DNA of 62,122 nucleotides, the filler included, from Welwitschia mirabilis (taxonomy: Eukaryota), in assembly GCA_051453625.1 (NCBI GenBank). It is 6 parts of one record of this genome, joined end to end, with 100 filler letters (N's around TTAATTAATTAA, not from the genome) between each part and the next. Parts side by side here need not be neighbours in the genome. Positions count along the whole stretch, not along the records: positions 27,531 to 42,923 come from JBOZIK010000001.1; positions 43,024 to 48,917 come from JBOZIK010000001.1; positions 49,018 to 59,675 come from JBOZIK010000001.1; 3 more parts are not named here. One strand, given 5' to 3'. The position numbers and the translations under genes were made by a program. The notes beneath the pieces were generated by a model. The model saw only the letters and a list, made by a program, of their open reading frames with translations. It was not told where the DNA came from and ran no database searches. How positions within the stretch are numbered: position 1 is the stretch's first letter; every line of letters begins with the position of its first letter. Of this stretch, positions 36,785-50,629 are shown in pieces.

Positions 36785-39700
36785 AAAGGATGACTAGATA
36801 TTGAGTTAGAATGCCATTAATAGAATTTACACCCTCTTATTATATTAGTTAGGTAATATTCTTAAACTTATCTATGTATATTTATAACAAGTTTATATCT
36901 CATCAACTATTTACAAGATATCTTTTATGTGATAAAAAACTAGGAAAAAATAGAGGACACAAACTTATGACATCGCTATTGTTTAAGGATAATACCAGAG
37001 CTCTAGGTTAACTTAAGTAATACTTAATTAGTACTAGAGATCTAGGTTAACTTAAGTAATACTTGTGTTAAGCATTTATAAATTTATAAGAATATAAATC
37101 CAATTATATCTTTAACAACCTTTCTTCTTAATAATCATAAAGTTAGTTGTAACTATCATAACATTAATTTCTAATAGCTATAAAGTTAATTATATCCCCA
37201 CTAATCTTAAACCATGAGTAAAATTAATTATATCCTTGATAATACTAGGTTCCAAGATAACTCTAATTCCTAGATAAGCATGAAGTTAATCATATCTCTT
37301 AATAGTCATGAATTTGATTATACATATAATTTGCCTACTCCCTAAATATGTACCAAATTACATTCATTGTAATTTCAATAATTAAATATTATACTAATGA
37401 TAATCTTAGCACCTTAATAGTCCTAGAAGTTTATTATATTTGAGATAGTTCTAAAGTATTCATAAAGTTAATTATAACCCCAACTCTTAAATGATCTCTA
37501 TGCTAATCATATTTATGATAATTCTAAATTCCTAAACAAACCAAGAAGGATGATGAATTCAAGTCATTAAAGAATTTATTACTTATAGCTATAGATGATA
37601 ATCACTTGGAAGGATTACAATTACCTTAATAATTTAGGATAATAACTTTATATGATTCCTTAAAGAGCTTAATCTTTTACAAGAAATAGAAATATATAAA
37701 ATAATTCCTTCTAATTAGATACGCTTGAAAATAATCAAATCTCCAACTAAGTTATTTATTATAAATTACGTGGTCACATAACTTTAAAGTAAAAACCTAT
37801 ATTCATAACTTATAAACCTTATCTATTGAAAATAAATAAAGGAGATGAACTTGATTATGTACTTTAAGTTATAAATAAAAATCAATCACCTCATAATGAT
37901 AACCATGTCCTTCCTAAGATCATAAAAATATTTCTATGTTTAACATTAAATAATATTTNNNNNNNNNNNNNNNNNNNNNNNNNNNNNNNNNNNNNNNNNN
38001 NNNNNNNNNNNNNNNNNNNNNNNNNNNNNNNNNNNNNNNNNNNNNNNNNNNNNNNNNNNNNNNNNNNNNNNNNNNNNNNNNNNNNNNNNNNNNNNNNNNN
38101 NNNNNNNNNNNNNNNNNNNNNNNNNNNNNNNNNNNNNNNNNNNNNNNNNNNNNNNNNNNNNNNNNNNNNNNNNNNNNNNNNNNNNNNNNNNNNNNNNNNN
38201 NNNNNNNNNNNNNNNNNNNNNNNNNNNNNNNNNNNNNNNNNNNNNNNNNNNNNNNNNNNNNNNNNNNNNNNNNNNNNNNNNNNNNNNNNNNNNNNNNNNN
38301 NNNNNNNNNNNNNNNNNNNNNNNNNNNNNNNNNNNNNNNNNNNNNNNNNNNNNNNNNNNNNNNNNNNNNNNNNNNNNNNNNNNNNNNNNNNNNNNNNNNN
38401 NNNNNNNNNNNNNNNNNNNNNNNNNNNNNNNNNNNNNNNNNNNNNNNNNNNNNNNNNNNNNNNNNNNNNNNNNNNNNNNNNNNNNNNNNNNNNNNNNNNN
38501 NNNNNNNNNNNNNNNNNNNNNNNNNNNNNNNNNNNNNNNNNNNNNNNNNNNNNNNNNNNNNNNNNNNNNNNNNNNNNNNNNNNNNNNNNNNNNNNNNNNN
38601 NNNNNNNNNNNNNNNNNNNNNNNNNNNNNNNNNNNNNNNNNNNNNNNNNNNNNNNNNNNNNNNNNNNNNNNNNNNNNNNNNNNNNNNNNNNNNNNNNNNN
38701 NNNNNNNNNNNNNNNNNNNNTAGTTAAACCTTGATACTAGATTAGTTGCACTAAGTAATTAACATCAAGAGAATTTACAAGAGAGTTAGTAGTCTAATGA
38801 TGGAAATCAACCCTCATTCAACCTTAATCCAGAAGCATTAACGGATACCTTCATATAGCTCCTATTATAAATACTAAATCAAGGTTAAAATCCACAAGTA
38901 AAAAATGGTATTAGTCAAATTAACAAAGTGGGTATGAGGAAATTAATTTAAACTTTTATTAAGCTAAACCCACTAAATTTTGTAGGAGGTTCAAATCCTT
39001 TGAAAATAGAAGCATAACTAAGTGATGTTGAAAAGGTTATAGGTACCTTAGGATGTGATGAATATGGAAAAGGCATATTTAGCTATTTATATGTTACAAG
39101 AAGAAGCTAAACTATGATGGAAAATAAAAATGGCCAATTTAGGAGATCTAGAACTTTTATGAAGAAAATTTGAGCATATCTTTAAGGAGATGTATATCAC
39201 CAAGTTCTACATTCACCAAAAGGTTATAAAATTCTACAATTTAAGACAAGCCCCCTAATGTAACCATAGCATCTCATAAGTACAAAGTTGTAGAGTTATT
39301 AAGNNNNNNNNNNTGCATCTAAATGAAGAAGCTAAAGCAAATCTCTTTATTGATAGTCTCCTTCCTTCTATTACTGCAAAAGCATCCTTGTTTCAACCTA
39401 AGTATCTAGTAGAGGCTATAAAAAAGGCATAGATAATAAAGTAAAATTGGTAGAGACAATCAGAAAATAAGAAGAAAATTCATTCATAGAGATACATCCT
39501 TAAGGAAAATTGATCATAAATGTCTTATTAAAATAAGAATTAAACCTTCAAAAAAATAATATAAGTCATAGTTATAGTAGATATAGGTATTTTAATCAAC
39601 CTAAGTAGGTTCAAAAGAAACTAGAATGTTTCTAGTCAAAGATATGCAAATAATCAACCTCATAGATTCAATTTCTAATAAATTCCTACTCATTTTTACT

Positions 39701-40845
39701 ATCAGAACCAATATAATAATGGAGATAGATGCTTCCAATGTAAGGNNNNNNNNNNNNNNNNNNNNNNNNNNNNNNNNNNNNNNNNNNNNNNNNNNNNNNN
39801 NNNNNNNNNNNNNNNNNNNNNNNNNNNNNNNNNNNNNNNNNNNNNNNNNNNNNNNNNNNNNNNNNNNNNNNNNNNNNNNNNNNNNNNNNNNNNNNNNNNN
39901 NNNNNNNNNNNNNNNNNNNNNNNNNNNNNNNNNNNNNNNNAGTCAAAGATATGCAAATAATCAACCTCATAGATTTAATTTCTAATAAATTCCTACTCAT
40001 TTTTACTATCAGAACTAATATAATAATGGAGATAGATGCTTCCAATGTAAGGGATATCATAAAGTAAAAGAATGTCCATTATGTAACAAAAATAGAGACC
40101 CTCCCAAATAACAACTAAAAAATCCTTAAAGACTAAAAAGCATTTTTCAATTACTAGGATAACTTTTAGAAGCAGTAGATAATTAAGGGGTACAATTTTA
40201 GATGTATGTTTTAGAAGGTAAGGCTTTACATAATAATAAAGAAGTAATTATTTTATCTGATTGTGGAGTAATTTATAGCTTCATATCTCCTAGGATTGTT
40301 ATAAAAGAAAAATTATCTTTTGCTTTAAATGAGGGATGCAATAGAGCTAGCAAATGGATCTATGTCTAAGATTAATTAGTAAGTCCAAAATTATACTCTA
40401 TTCATAATTAGAGGAGATTTTTAGATACAACCAATTGTTATTGACTCAAGAAAACATGATAATATTTTAGGTATGAATTGATTAATATAAAATTAAGCAG
40501 TTATAAATTATAAAAATCATCAAGTATAAATGATAAATGATAGTTAAAGAATAATATTTCAAAGTCTTTACAAATCAGTGGTAGAGAATTTAATTAATGC
40601 AAAACATATAAAAAGAGAAATTAAGAGGGGTTTATCAATTTATATGTTATACCTAAAACTAATTAGCTTGAAGGAAGGAAAAACTTTAGTAAAGAATATA
40701 CTAATAGTCTAAACATATCTTGATGTATTTACAATAGAATTACCAAGAATCCCACCACTTTGAAAAGTTAAGTTTTCTATTGAATTGATCCCAAGAATCC
40801 AACTGATTTCTAAGGCATCATTTAGGATGTTTCTAATAAAAGCTT
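36785..40845 (+). mobile_element. Highly decayed Tekay/Del-like Ty3/gypsy element, 5' half
   Basis: The LTR-end segment 36785-36985 is repeated at 43553-43748. The degenerate PBS TAATACCAGAGC is at 36990-37001. Gag reads FIKLNPLNFVGGSNPL..LSDVEK..LGCDE (about 38955-39065). The protease motif is LSDCGVIYSFIS (about 40255). The RT start reads YLDVFTIELPRIPP..FSIELIP..ISKASFRM and is cut at about 40845. Confidence 0.75.
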
Positions 40846-40847
40846 AT

Positions 40848-42923
40848 ATTGTAAAATAAATGCAGAAAATACTATAAAATTATGTCATAAAATGCAGAAA
40901 ATGATGATGCTATTAACCTAAAATAAGCTTAAATTATTAAATAAAAAATCAAAGGTTTACTAAAGAACTAGTTAAGATTATTAGTATTTTAAATATTTAG
41001 TTTAAAATGCATCATCACGATAGGTTTATGATGAAGTTACTTGAGCTAGTTAGTTTGATAATTGACAAGTTTATTATATACATATGTTACATCAGGAGAA
41101 ATAAAAAAAAAGTAGAAAAAACATGATATGATTTTAAATGAATGCTAAAAAATACTTATCTCTAAGCACTGTTAATTATATTGGTTTGTGTTCAGCTATA
41201 GAAACAGGAGTAAGCAGAAGATAATATTACTTTTTCAAGTATTAACACATGCATACACTGATACTCAAAATGTTAGATTTTCAACTTTATATTGAAATAC
41301 CAAAATATTACATAGAGATGTATTGATGAGTTGTGTTTTCCTTTATTAGTAACATTAAAGAAATAGAGATGCTACTACACCCTTTATAAGATGACTGGAG
41401 CTTTTCTTTCTTTGCTTTTGAGAAATAGGTTTATGGTTAAAGTTGTTGATGTATTTTCACGACCTTATCCTTGTCCCTCATCCTCATACCAGATGGCATT
41501 TTGTACCTACAACATTATGGTATATATGTACATGCTAACCTACTAATATACTAACCAACCTACTAAACAACTAGTATATTAACTTAAATGATAAAGAAAA
41601 ATATCAAATATTATCTATAACATATAATCATAAGAATGAAAACTTCTATTGAATAATTAAAATTTACATCATTTTTAATTCTCATTAGTTCCCCCAAGAT
41701 TAAGATTTTTTTAGTCCCTTAACAAACAAATGTATACAAAATAAGGGAAAGAGAGACTTATGATTTTTCTTTTCTCCTTTTGAAACAAAAGAATACTTCT
41801 CACTGGACTCTAATTCTTTTAATTTCTTGGCTAATTGGGCTAATTACTTTTCTTGTTCTAACATAGCCAAAATTTTTCTTTGTTCCTCTTATAAAGTAGG
41901 ATCATTTAAATATATAATTTTCATTTTCATTGGCTCTTTAGTTCCTATCTTTTTGCCTCTACCTCTTCCTCTTGAAGGATCCATTAGCTACTTTAACTCT
42001 CCTCTCTTTCTTTGAAAAGCTTAAGGAATTTTTATTCTAGGATTTTGAGGCACATGTTCTGATTCTGAAGTTGTCTCAGCTTGTAATCCTCTCCTTTAAG
42101 TTTGTCCTACCGAGACTATATACATTTTTGATGAATTCTTATTTTCTAATTTTGAAAAGATATCTATAAAAAGTGCCTTTTAACATAGTCATGTTTNNNN
42201 NNNNNNNNNNNNNNNNNNNNNNNNNNNNNNNNNNNNNNNNNNNNNNNNNNNNNNNNNNNNNNNNNNNNNNNNNNNNNNNNNNNNNNNNNNNNNNNNNNNN
42301 NNNNNNNNNNNNNNNNNNNNNNNNNNNNNNNNNNNNNNNNNNNNNNNNNNNNNNNNNNNNNNNNNNNNNNNNNNNNNNNNNNNNNNNNNNNNNNNNNNNN
42401 NNNNNNNNNNNNNNNNNNNNNNNNNNNNNNNNNNNNNNNNNNNNNNNNNNNNNNNNNNNNNNNNNNNNNNNNNNNNNNNNNNNNNNNNNNNNNNNNNNNN
42501 NNNNNNNNNNNNNNNNNNNNNNNNNNNNNNNNNNNNNNNNNNNNNNNNNNNNNNNNNNNNNNNNNNNNNNNNNNNNNNNNNNNNNNNNNNNNNNNNNNNN
42601 NNNNNNNNNNNNNNNNNNNNNNNNNNNNNNNNNNNNNNNCATGTTTTTCATAATTCTATCTCTAAAGGAACATAACTGATGGAAATCCTAAGAGGATACT
42701 ATAAAAAATTTTATATATGATTTGCATTCTTTTAGTATTCTACAAAACTTTGTGGCTATATCATTTAAAAAAAATTTTAATTCCCTAGTAAAAACTTCTT
42801 TTTTTTCCTATATAATTTTGATCTTCAAGGATTTAATATATCTTTTATGGTTATCAAAAATTCTACTCAGCTTTGACCACATCTCAAAAGTCTTCTGAAT
42901 GATACTTTTTAAATGCTCTTCAA
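40848..42923 (-). mobile_element. Second copy of the Athila-like env-bearing family: end of the extra ORF, PPT and 3' LTR
   Basis: Positions 41530-42923 align colinearly with about 135-1057. The PPT CTTGGGGGAAC is at about 41700-41688 on the minus strand, with a TATA-like CTTATAAAAGG at about 41390. The left boundary is approximate. Confidence 0.75.
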
Positions 42924-43552
42924 NNNNNNNNNNNNNNNNNNNNNNNNNNNNNNNNNNNNNNNNNNNNTTAATTAATTAANNNNNNNNNNNNNNNNNNNNN
43001 NNNNNNNNNNNNNNNNNNNNNNNAAAATAAAAGAATATTTCCTTTATTTATATTTTCATTATTATAATCTTAATTATAAAAATGTTCTCGTATGCTTGTT
43101 TTCTTTTTTATGATCGTTTCTATAAAATAAACCTAATGATGATTAGAATTATTATAACTACATCAATAACACATTAAATATCCACATTAGTTAGAATTAT
43201 ATCATGCATTTTAATAATATTCATTCTAATACTTGGATTTCATCACCAAGGTGGGTTACATTACATTTTTTTTATAATACCATTCTAGAAGTGGATTTGA
43301 TCACTACTCTCCTACTTCACCCATGTATGAACTTACTCTTAACTTAATATTTAGAGGCATTGACATTGTGGATTATGTTATACCATCTTAAGATGTTTTA
43401 AGAAAGTGGGGTCATTTATAAGCATGCATCCACTTCACGTACTGCCTATCACTTATACTAGGGGTATATCGAGGTGAAGTGTAAGCCTATGGAATTCAGT
43501 TCAATCATGTTCATATAGTTTAGAACTTAAAGTATAACTAATTCATATTTAG

Positions 43553-43748
43553 AAGGTAGCTAGATATTGAGTTGAAATGCCATTAATAAGAGTTACAACC
43601 TTTTATTATATTGGTTGGTATTATCCTTAAACTTATCCATTTATACTTATAACAAGTTTACATCTCCTTAACTATTCATAAGATATCTTATGTGATTAAA
43701 ACCTAACAAGAAATGGAGGATATAAACTTATGACATTGCTACTGTTCA
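43553..43748 (+). repeat. LTR-end segment homologous to 36785-36985
   Basis: Shared blocks CTAGATATTGAGTT, TTATAACAAGTTTA and AAACTTATGACAT occur in the same order. No PBS follows this copy. Confidence 0.8.
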
Positions 43749-45319
43749 TAAATAAAAATAACCTAAGAATTATTTATAGATAAATATATAATAATAATAT
43801 GATTTATTTTTCTCAAAATATAAAAATGCTAATAAAAGAATATGTAAGATTTGATCCGAGGTTCCATTATGTCTATTAGGTAATAATATTATAGAAGGAA
43901 GGAATAGGAAAGCTGGAAAAAATAGTGCTTAATTANNNNNNNNNNNNNNNNNNNNNNNNNNNNNNNNNNNNNNNNNNNNNNNNNNNNNNNNNNNNNNNNN
44001 NNNNNNNNNNNNNNNNNNNNNNNNNNNNNNNNNNNNNNNNNNNNNNNNNNNNNNNNNNNNNNNNNNNNNNNNNNNNNNNNNNNNNNNNNNNNNNNNNNNN
44101 NNNNNNNNNNNNNNNNNNNNNNNNNNNNNNNNNNNNNNNNNNNNNNNNNNNNNNNNNNNNNNNNNNNNNNNNNNNNNNNNNNNNNNNNNNNNNNNNNNNN
44201 NNNNNNNNNNNNNNNNNNNNNNNNNNNNNNNNNNNNNNNNNNNNNNNNNNNNNNNNNNNNNNNNNNNNNNNNNNNNNNNNNNNNNNNNNNNNNNNNNNNN
44301 NNNNNNNNNNNNNNNNNNNNNNNNNNNNNNNNNNNNNNNNNNNNNNNNNNNNNNNNNNNNNNNNNNNNNNNNNNNNNNNNNNNNNNNNNNNNNNNNNNNN
44401 NNNNNNNNNNNNNNNNNNNNNNNNNNNNNNNNNNNNNNNNNNNNNNNNNNNNNNNNNNNNNNNNNNNNNNNNNNNNNNNNNNNNNNNNNNNNNNNNNNNN
44501 NNNNNNNNNNNNNNNNNNNNNNNNNNNNNNNNNNNNNNNNNNNNNNNNNNNNNNNNNNNNNNNNNNNNNNNNNNNNNNNNNNNNNNNNNNNNNNNNNNNN
44601 NNNNNNNNNNNNNNNNNNNNNNNNNNNNNNNNNCTCTAAGATACTTAGCTAGATTGTGAATATCTTAAGTAAGAAAATGCTAAGGTTAAATTAATGATAA
44701 AATCCCTAAATAAGTGAATTTATTTCAAGTTTGAATGTTGAGGATTATTGAACTCAGAGGGAAGGGATGAATGAGGTCTACCAAATAAAAACTCTACTAA
44801 AAATAAATTAAAATTTACATAATAAAAAAACCTTAACATATTAACATAATTCTCCAACCTGGGTACATTTACACATACAGGGTAGCTTCCTCTCACATCT
44901 CTAGGTATCCTTAACCTATAAAATAGTGGTTTTGGAGCACTATCAAACTTACATGTAACTGAGATACTTCTCATAAGGTAGTACTCTCTTCTCCTTTGGT
45001 ATTTATAATAAACTAAAATAGAAATGTGCTCACAAGTACTTATAGAAGTGCACCCATAGAAGGATTGCCTTACTATTTAGAAATCCTACAAGAGATCTTA
45101 AGAATAAAAGTAAGATATGGATCATAATATATGTATTCAAAACTTTGATAATCCTTACAATTTAAGTGCTAATAAATAATGATATCAAAAAGATAAACAA
45201 GCCTTAAAAGATGTTACTTTGATGAATGCTTGAGTTCTTCCTTATTATTGTCACTCATGAGGGTTTTATATCAGAGTGATGTAGATATTATAAGAGCTAA
45301 TGATTTAGTAATGTATTCA

Positions 45320-45626
45320 CTATATAGTTCTAAGAGTTGGAAAGAATACCTATTATTGATATAATTTGCATATAATAATAGTTATTAAGGTTCAACTAAA
45401 ATGGATTTATTTAAAGACCTATATAATAGAAAATGTAGAGCACACACTTCATGAATAGAATCTAAAGAAAGATTAATTATAGAATAAAAAATGTTATAAG
45501 AAATAAAAATTAAAATGAGGATTATTAAGGATAGACTTAAAAAGGTTATAAATAGATAAAAAATGTATGTAGATAATCGAAGAGAAGATCTTAAATTTAT
45601 AATAAGTAATCATGTAATTCTCAAAT
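45320..45626 (+). pseudogene. Tekay-like integrase C-terminal fragment
   Basis: KMDLFKDLYNRKCRA and IIKDRLKKVINR*KMYVDNRREDLKFIISNHVILK match MAPFEALYGRKCR and IRERLK.AQ.RQKSYAD.RRRDLEF.VGDHVFLK. Confidence 0.75.
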
Positions 45627-45629
45627 GAT

Positions 45630-47090
45630 AATGAATGATGATTTCTTAATTTTTTTTTTTTATCCCATCCATTATTAGGACATTCATTTGTAACATGTCC
45701 ATATTATTTACAAGCATAGAGCTGAGTCTCCTTTTATTTCTTTTGATCTCTTCTTACCTTGAATTGACCCCTTTCAGGCCCCTTAGTTGATTTGTCATTT
45801 CTTTTTTTTTATGCAAGAATTTTTTAAATCTTCTTGCTAATGGTATAACATCATCCTCATCAAGGTTATCATCTAATTTTTCAAATTTGAAATCTTCCTG
45901 TGTACTTTTTAATGTAAGACTTTTCTTCTTATCTTTAAAGAACTTAAATTTATAAGTTTAAAGCTTACATTGCAGTTCATCTAGGCCCATCTGATTGATA
46001 TTTTTACTTTCCTTGATGGCAGTGACCTTTGGCTTAAAATGCTTTGAAAGAGATCTTAGAATTTTTCTTACCACTTTTTTTTCCTTTATCTTTTCTTCTA
46101 GGCTTATCATTAAGTTCACGATATCTATCAACCTGACAAAGAACTCCTACAGAATTTCTTCCTCCTCCATGTGAATGTCTTTAAACTTTGAGATAAGCAT
46201 CTATAATTTTGCTTGTTTTATAATGAACATCCCCTTATAAGATATTACAAGAATGTCCCAAGCTTCCTTTACATGATCACAATTTACGATCCTCTTAAAT
46301 CCTTTTGCACAAACTATATAAAAAAATAGCGTTAAAAGCATGGACATCTATAGTTGCTTTGGCCTTATTGATGGGAGTCTGTTGGTATTAAGATTTCATA
46401 ACAATCATGGTGGTATTATTACTATCAATTTTAGCTATTGTAGGAGAATCATATCTATTATAGATAACCTCTTTTATGTCTACATGAAGTGACCTAAGAA
46501 AAATTCTCATTTTTGCCTTCTAATATACAAAGTTGATTTCATTAAACATTGATGGCCTTCCAGTAGAGAGACCATCTATAGGGTTACTCATGGCTAGGGT
46601 TATAAAGTCAAGATTTATTAGGATATATAACTACCTAAACTTAGCTCTGATACCAAATGAAGGATCTATAAATCCTATAGGATGGATGAATAGGTTTTAT
46701 AAAATAAAATTTATGCCTTAAAAATTACACTAGAATATCAATACATTTGGAATAAAAATTAATTGATATTAAATGAATATGGACGAATGAAAGAGTAGGA
46801 AAATAATTGAAATAAAAGTACCAAGGAAGAGCACCAAATACAATAATTTATAGTGGTTTGGAAAAATCCCTCTACTCCATTCTCGGCTATCAACTTCAAT
46901 CCTAGGCTTATCCAAATCCTTGTTGATTTCTTTTCAAGTTTCTAGGTTAACCTACAATCTTTATAGATGAACTTTTTAAGGCTAAGTTTTAACTTTATAA
47001 AGAAAAGCTTTTAGTGAGAATAGTGGGCTTGAATGCATTAACTCTACTAGATTTGAAGTGCAGGCATAATGAGAATACACTATTTGAAGA
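45630..47090 (-). mobile_element. Sirevirus (SIRE/Maximus) fragment: LTR 3' part, PBS and gag
   Basis: The LTR ends ...GATCCTTCA at 46658, and a perfect PBS TGGTATCAGAGC is at 46655-46644. Gag starts at 46591 with MSNPIDGLSTGRPSMFNEINF, includes KILRSLSKHFKPKVTAIKE, and has a zinc-knuckle remnant YACK*YGHVTNECP at about 45720-45675. Confidence 0.85.
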
Positions 47091-47329
47091 GCAGATTATA
47101 CCTATAGGATCATATAGTGTAGTAAATTGCTTTTTGTCTAATGAATATCAATAGTAAGACATGTCATTCTCTTACTTGACACCATCTATTAAGTTTATTT
47201 TTTCTAATTTAATATACTAACATTTTCTAATATAGTAAAATATGTGCATTTCTTACAAAAAATAATGATTCTTACATATAAAATGTAATCCAATATTTCT
47301 TACCAGATTTTCTTAGATCTGATAAGTAA

Positions 47330-48917
47330 CCTATCAATTAAGTGGTCAACCAAATCCCATAGGGATCAATCAGACCTGTACAAGAAATTGTTAAATCCTT
47401 TTCTCAAGGGGTTAGCTAGATGTTTAAGGGGTTAACTAGACCTGTGCTAGAAATGTTTCATTTATTTTCATAAGGGATCGACCAGATAAAAATGCAGTCA
47501 ACAGGACTTGAACATATATAGTTAACCAGATCCTAGATGGGGTTGATCAGACTAGAAGATTTAAAGAACTCAAGTCAATTGGAATAAGATGGAGTTGATC
47601 AACTTCACTGATAACACTCAATGAAATCAACTAGATGTTTTGAGGGGTTAATTGATTATAGTAAAAATGAAATTTCTCAGTCCATTTTCTATTCATTATC
47701 TTCCTATTTTTATCCATTGAAATATTAAATTCAATGGTAAAACCCTAAAATTCATCCTTTACATAAATCACAACCATCAAAATCATTAATCACTTTTTAA
47801 CTGACCAAATCGAAAAAGCATATGGGATTTATGACATCACTTTTAAAAAATGTGGTACTATCTTTATTGTACTTCAGATCTAGTGAAGTCTGTGCATCTT
47901 AGCATACTATTAACACCAAAAAGAATTTCTATAAAGATTGAGACTAAGCCTTAAAAGTTCAATTGTAAAGGTTACAAGTTAACTTGGGAAACTTGAAAAG
48001 TAAGTAATAAGGATCTAGATCGATCTTGAGTAAAATATTATTATCAAGAGTGGAGTAGGAAATTTTCTAAACCACTATAAATCATGTATCTCATGATCTT
48101 CATCGATATTTTATAGTTTCATTTATTTTTCTTTTCAGATATTATTTGTAGATAAATCATTAGATTACTTCATATGCATAAATGTTTTTCCAGTATTTAA
48201 TATTTTATAAAGATATTTTTTTAATTTATTTCTTAATCCTATTTGCCTCACCTCCTCCTCCGAAGGCTCTAGATCCAACATTTGGTACCAAAGCAAGGTT
48301 GAGTCATTTATAGATCCTAATAGATCTTGAATCCTAAACGATGAGTAATCCTACTAATGACCTTTCTACTAAAAGACCACTCATATTCAATGGGATCAAC
48401 TATGCTTACTCGAAGGCCTAAATGAAAATATTCCTTAGATCTTTAGATGTAAACATATAGAAGGTTATCTACAATGAATATTTGTGCCCACGCTAAAACT
48501 GATAGTAATGCAACCACCATAGTTGTTGAGAAATCTTAAGACTAATGGACCCATATTAACAAAGCCAAGATAATCTTAGATGTCCATGCTTTTAATAATA
48601 TTTTTTATGTAGTTTGTATAGATGAATTTAAGAGGATTATGAACTGCAAATATGCTAAAAAGGCTTGGGATATACATAAAATCGCATACAAAGGGACATC
48701 CATTGTAAAATGAGTAAAGATTTAGATGCTTATCTCTAAGTTTGAAGATATTCACATGGAAAAAGAAGAGACTCTGCAAGAGTTCTTTGCTATATTGACA
48801 GACATATTAAACTCTATGACAAGTTTAGGTAAGAAAATGGATGAAGACAAAGTAGTACAAAAAGTTTTAAGATCTCTTTCAAAATGCTTTGAGCCAAAGG
48901 TCATAGCTATTGAGGAG
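47330..48917 (+). mobile_element. Sirevirus fragment: 5' LTR (partial), PBS and gag
   Basis: A GGGGTCGAC-like repeat array spans 47330-47660. The C-rich LTR end ...GATCCAACA is at 48280, and the PBS TGGTACCAAAGC at 48283-48294. Gag starts at 48341 with MSNPTNDLSTKRPLIFNGINYAY and includes KVLRSLSKCFEPKVIAIEE. Confidence 0.85.
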
Positions 48918-49975
48918 NNNNNNNNNNNNNNNNNNNNNNNNNNNNNNNNNNNNNNNNNNNNTTAATTAATTAANNNNNNNNNNNNNNNNNNNNNNNNNNN
49001 NNNNNNNNNNNNNNNNNTCATCAAGGAATTAAAACATGTAAAGCAACAAAAAGAGATAGAATACAACCCTATAAATTGTATAAGGGAATTTACAATAACC
49101 TTGTAGAAGTATGTAAAAATGATCTTAGATGCTAAAACCACAACTGAAAGGAATGTTGTGCCAACTTGTAATTTATGTGAGGACTACTATCATGTCACCA
49201 AAAATTGTCCTCTTTTACCAACTTATAAAGAGAAAATTTGAGAAGAAGTTTGTGCTTTTAATCAACCATTTTGAAACTTCTAAAATAAAAATTAGGCACA
49301 ACCTAGATTGAACACAAATTTCCAAAATAATCCTCAATCTTTTAGAAACCAACTTGAAAACACATATTACCAACCAAGTTCATCCAATTTTCAACATTCA
49401 AATGATCAAATTGCAAACTCTTTAGATGAAATGAAAAGAACACAAGAGGCAACAAATGTCAAAATAGATAATTTGGTGAATGTCCTTCAATAAACATTGT
49501 TAGCAAACCAACAACCTTAAGGAGCTTTCCTACACAACCTTTATTTAACCCAAATGAACTAAGAAGAAATTATAAGATTGTGACAAGAAGTGGATAAGAA
49601 ACAAACCCTTCTACATGAAAACCTTCCACCTCCTATAATAATGAAAAAGAAGAGGAAGAGACATTGAGATTTTAGATGATTACAACTTCCCTTCTCTTGG
49701 CAAGAAGAAAAATAAAAGTCCTGCCCCTTGGCTTAATAGGCTTAACAATAATTTAACTTTTAATAATCATTTAAATGCCTTAATAAAAAAACATAAGAAT
49801 AAACTTACCATTTTGGAAATTTTTACAAGAAAATCCGAGGTATTCAAAACTATGGAAAGACTTTATAAGAAGAAAACAAAAATGAGTCATTCCTATTAAG
49901 GTCTTTCTTGTCGAATCCCTCATGAATTTAGTGTTATAAAAATTACCCAAGTTTAAAGATCTAGGAGTAGTAATA

Positions 49976-50629
49976 GTGAATGTTAGTATAGAGGAAAATA
50001 AAAATATTAGAAAAGCTTTGATTGACATTGGAGCAAGTGTTAACATTATGTTGCTTTATATTTGTAAGAGGCTTGGTTTAGAGGATAGAATAGAGCCTAC
50101 CTCAATTATCCTAGAATTAGTAGATACATCAGTTAGGAAACTGTTAGGCATTATCAAAAATTTGCCAATACAAATTGAAGAGGCTTGCTACCTCATTAAT
50201 GTGATTATCATAGAAGTTAAGCATAACATAGGACATCCTTTACTTCTAGGTAGATCCTTTTATGCAACAGCCCATTGCATCATTAATACAAGAGCAGAAA
50301 CCATGAAATGTCATTTTGGAAATAAAACTTTTATGATTAGAGTCTTTGATGCAGCTAAGAAAGATTTGGATGATAATGATATAAATATTGAAGATAATGT
50401 TAAACCTACTTTATTTTTACAACATCACTCACTTAAAGAAAGAGAGTTGAAATCAAATGAGCATGTGCTTTGTGATGATCAACTTAAGAATAAAGAAGAA
50501 AAGAAACCTTTTAAGTATAAGAAGGTCCAACTTTTCAAGAAAAATCATGATGAAGATTGTCAAATTCATAAGCTAAAAATTGAAAATCATAATTTGAATT
50601 TGAAAAAAAAATGTTTCCAATGGCCATGA
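49976..50629 (+). pseudogene. Retrotransposon aspartic protease ORF remnant (Athila type)
   Basis: KALIDIGASVNIM, ILELVDTSVRKLLGII and PLLLGRSFYATAHCII are present. The upstream gag frame is broken by stops. Confidence 0.88.
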
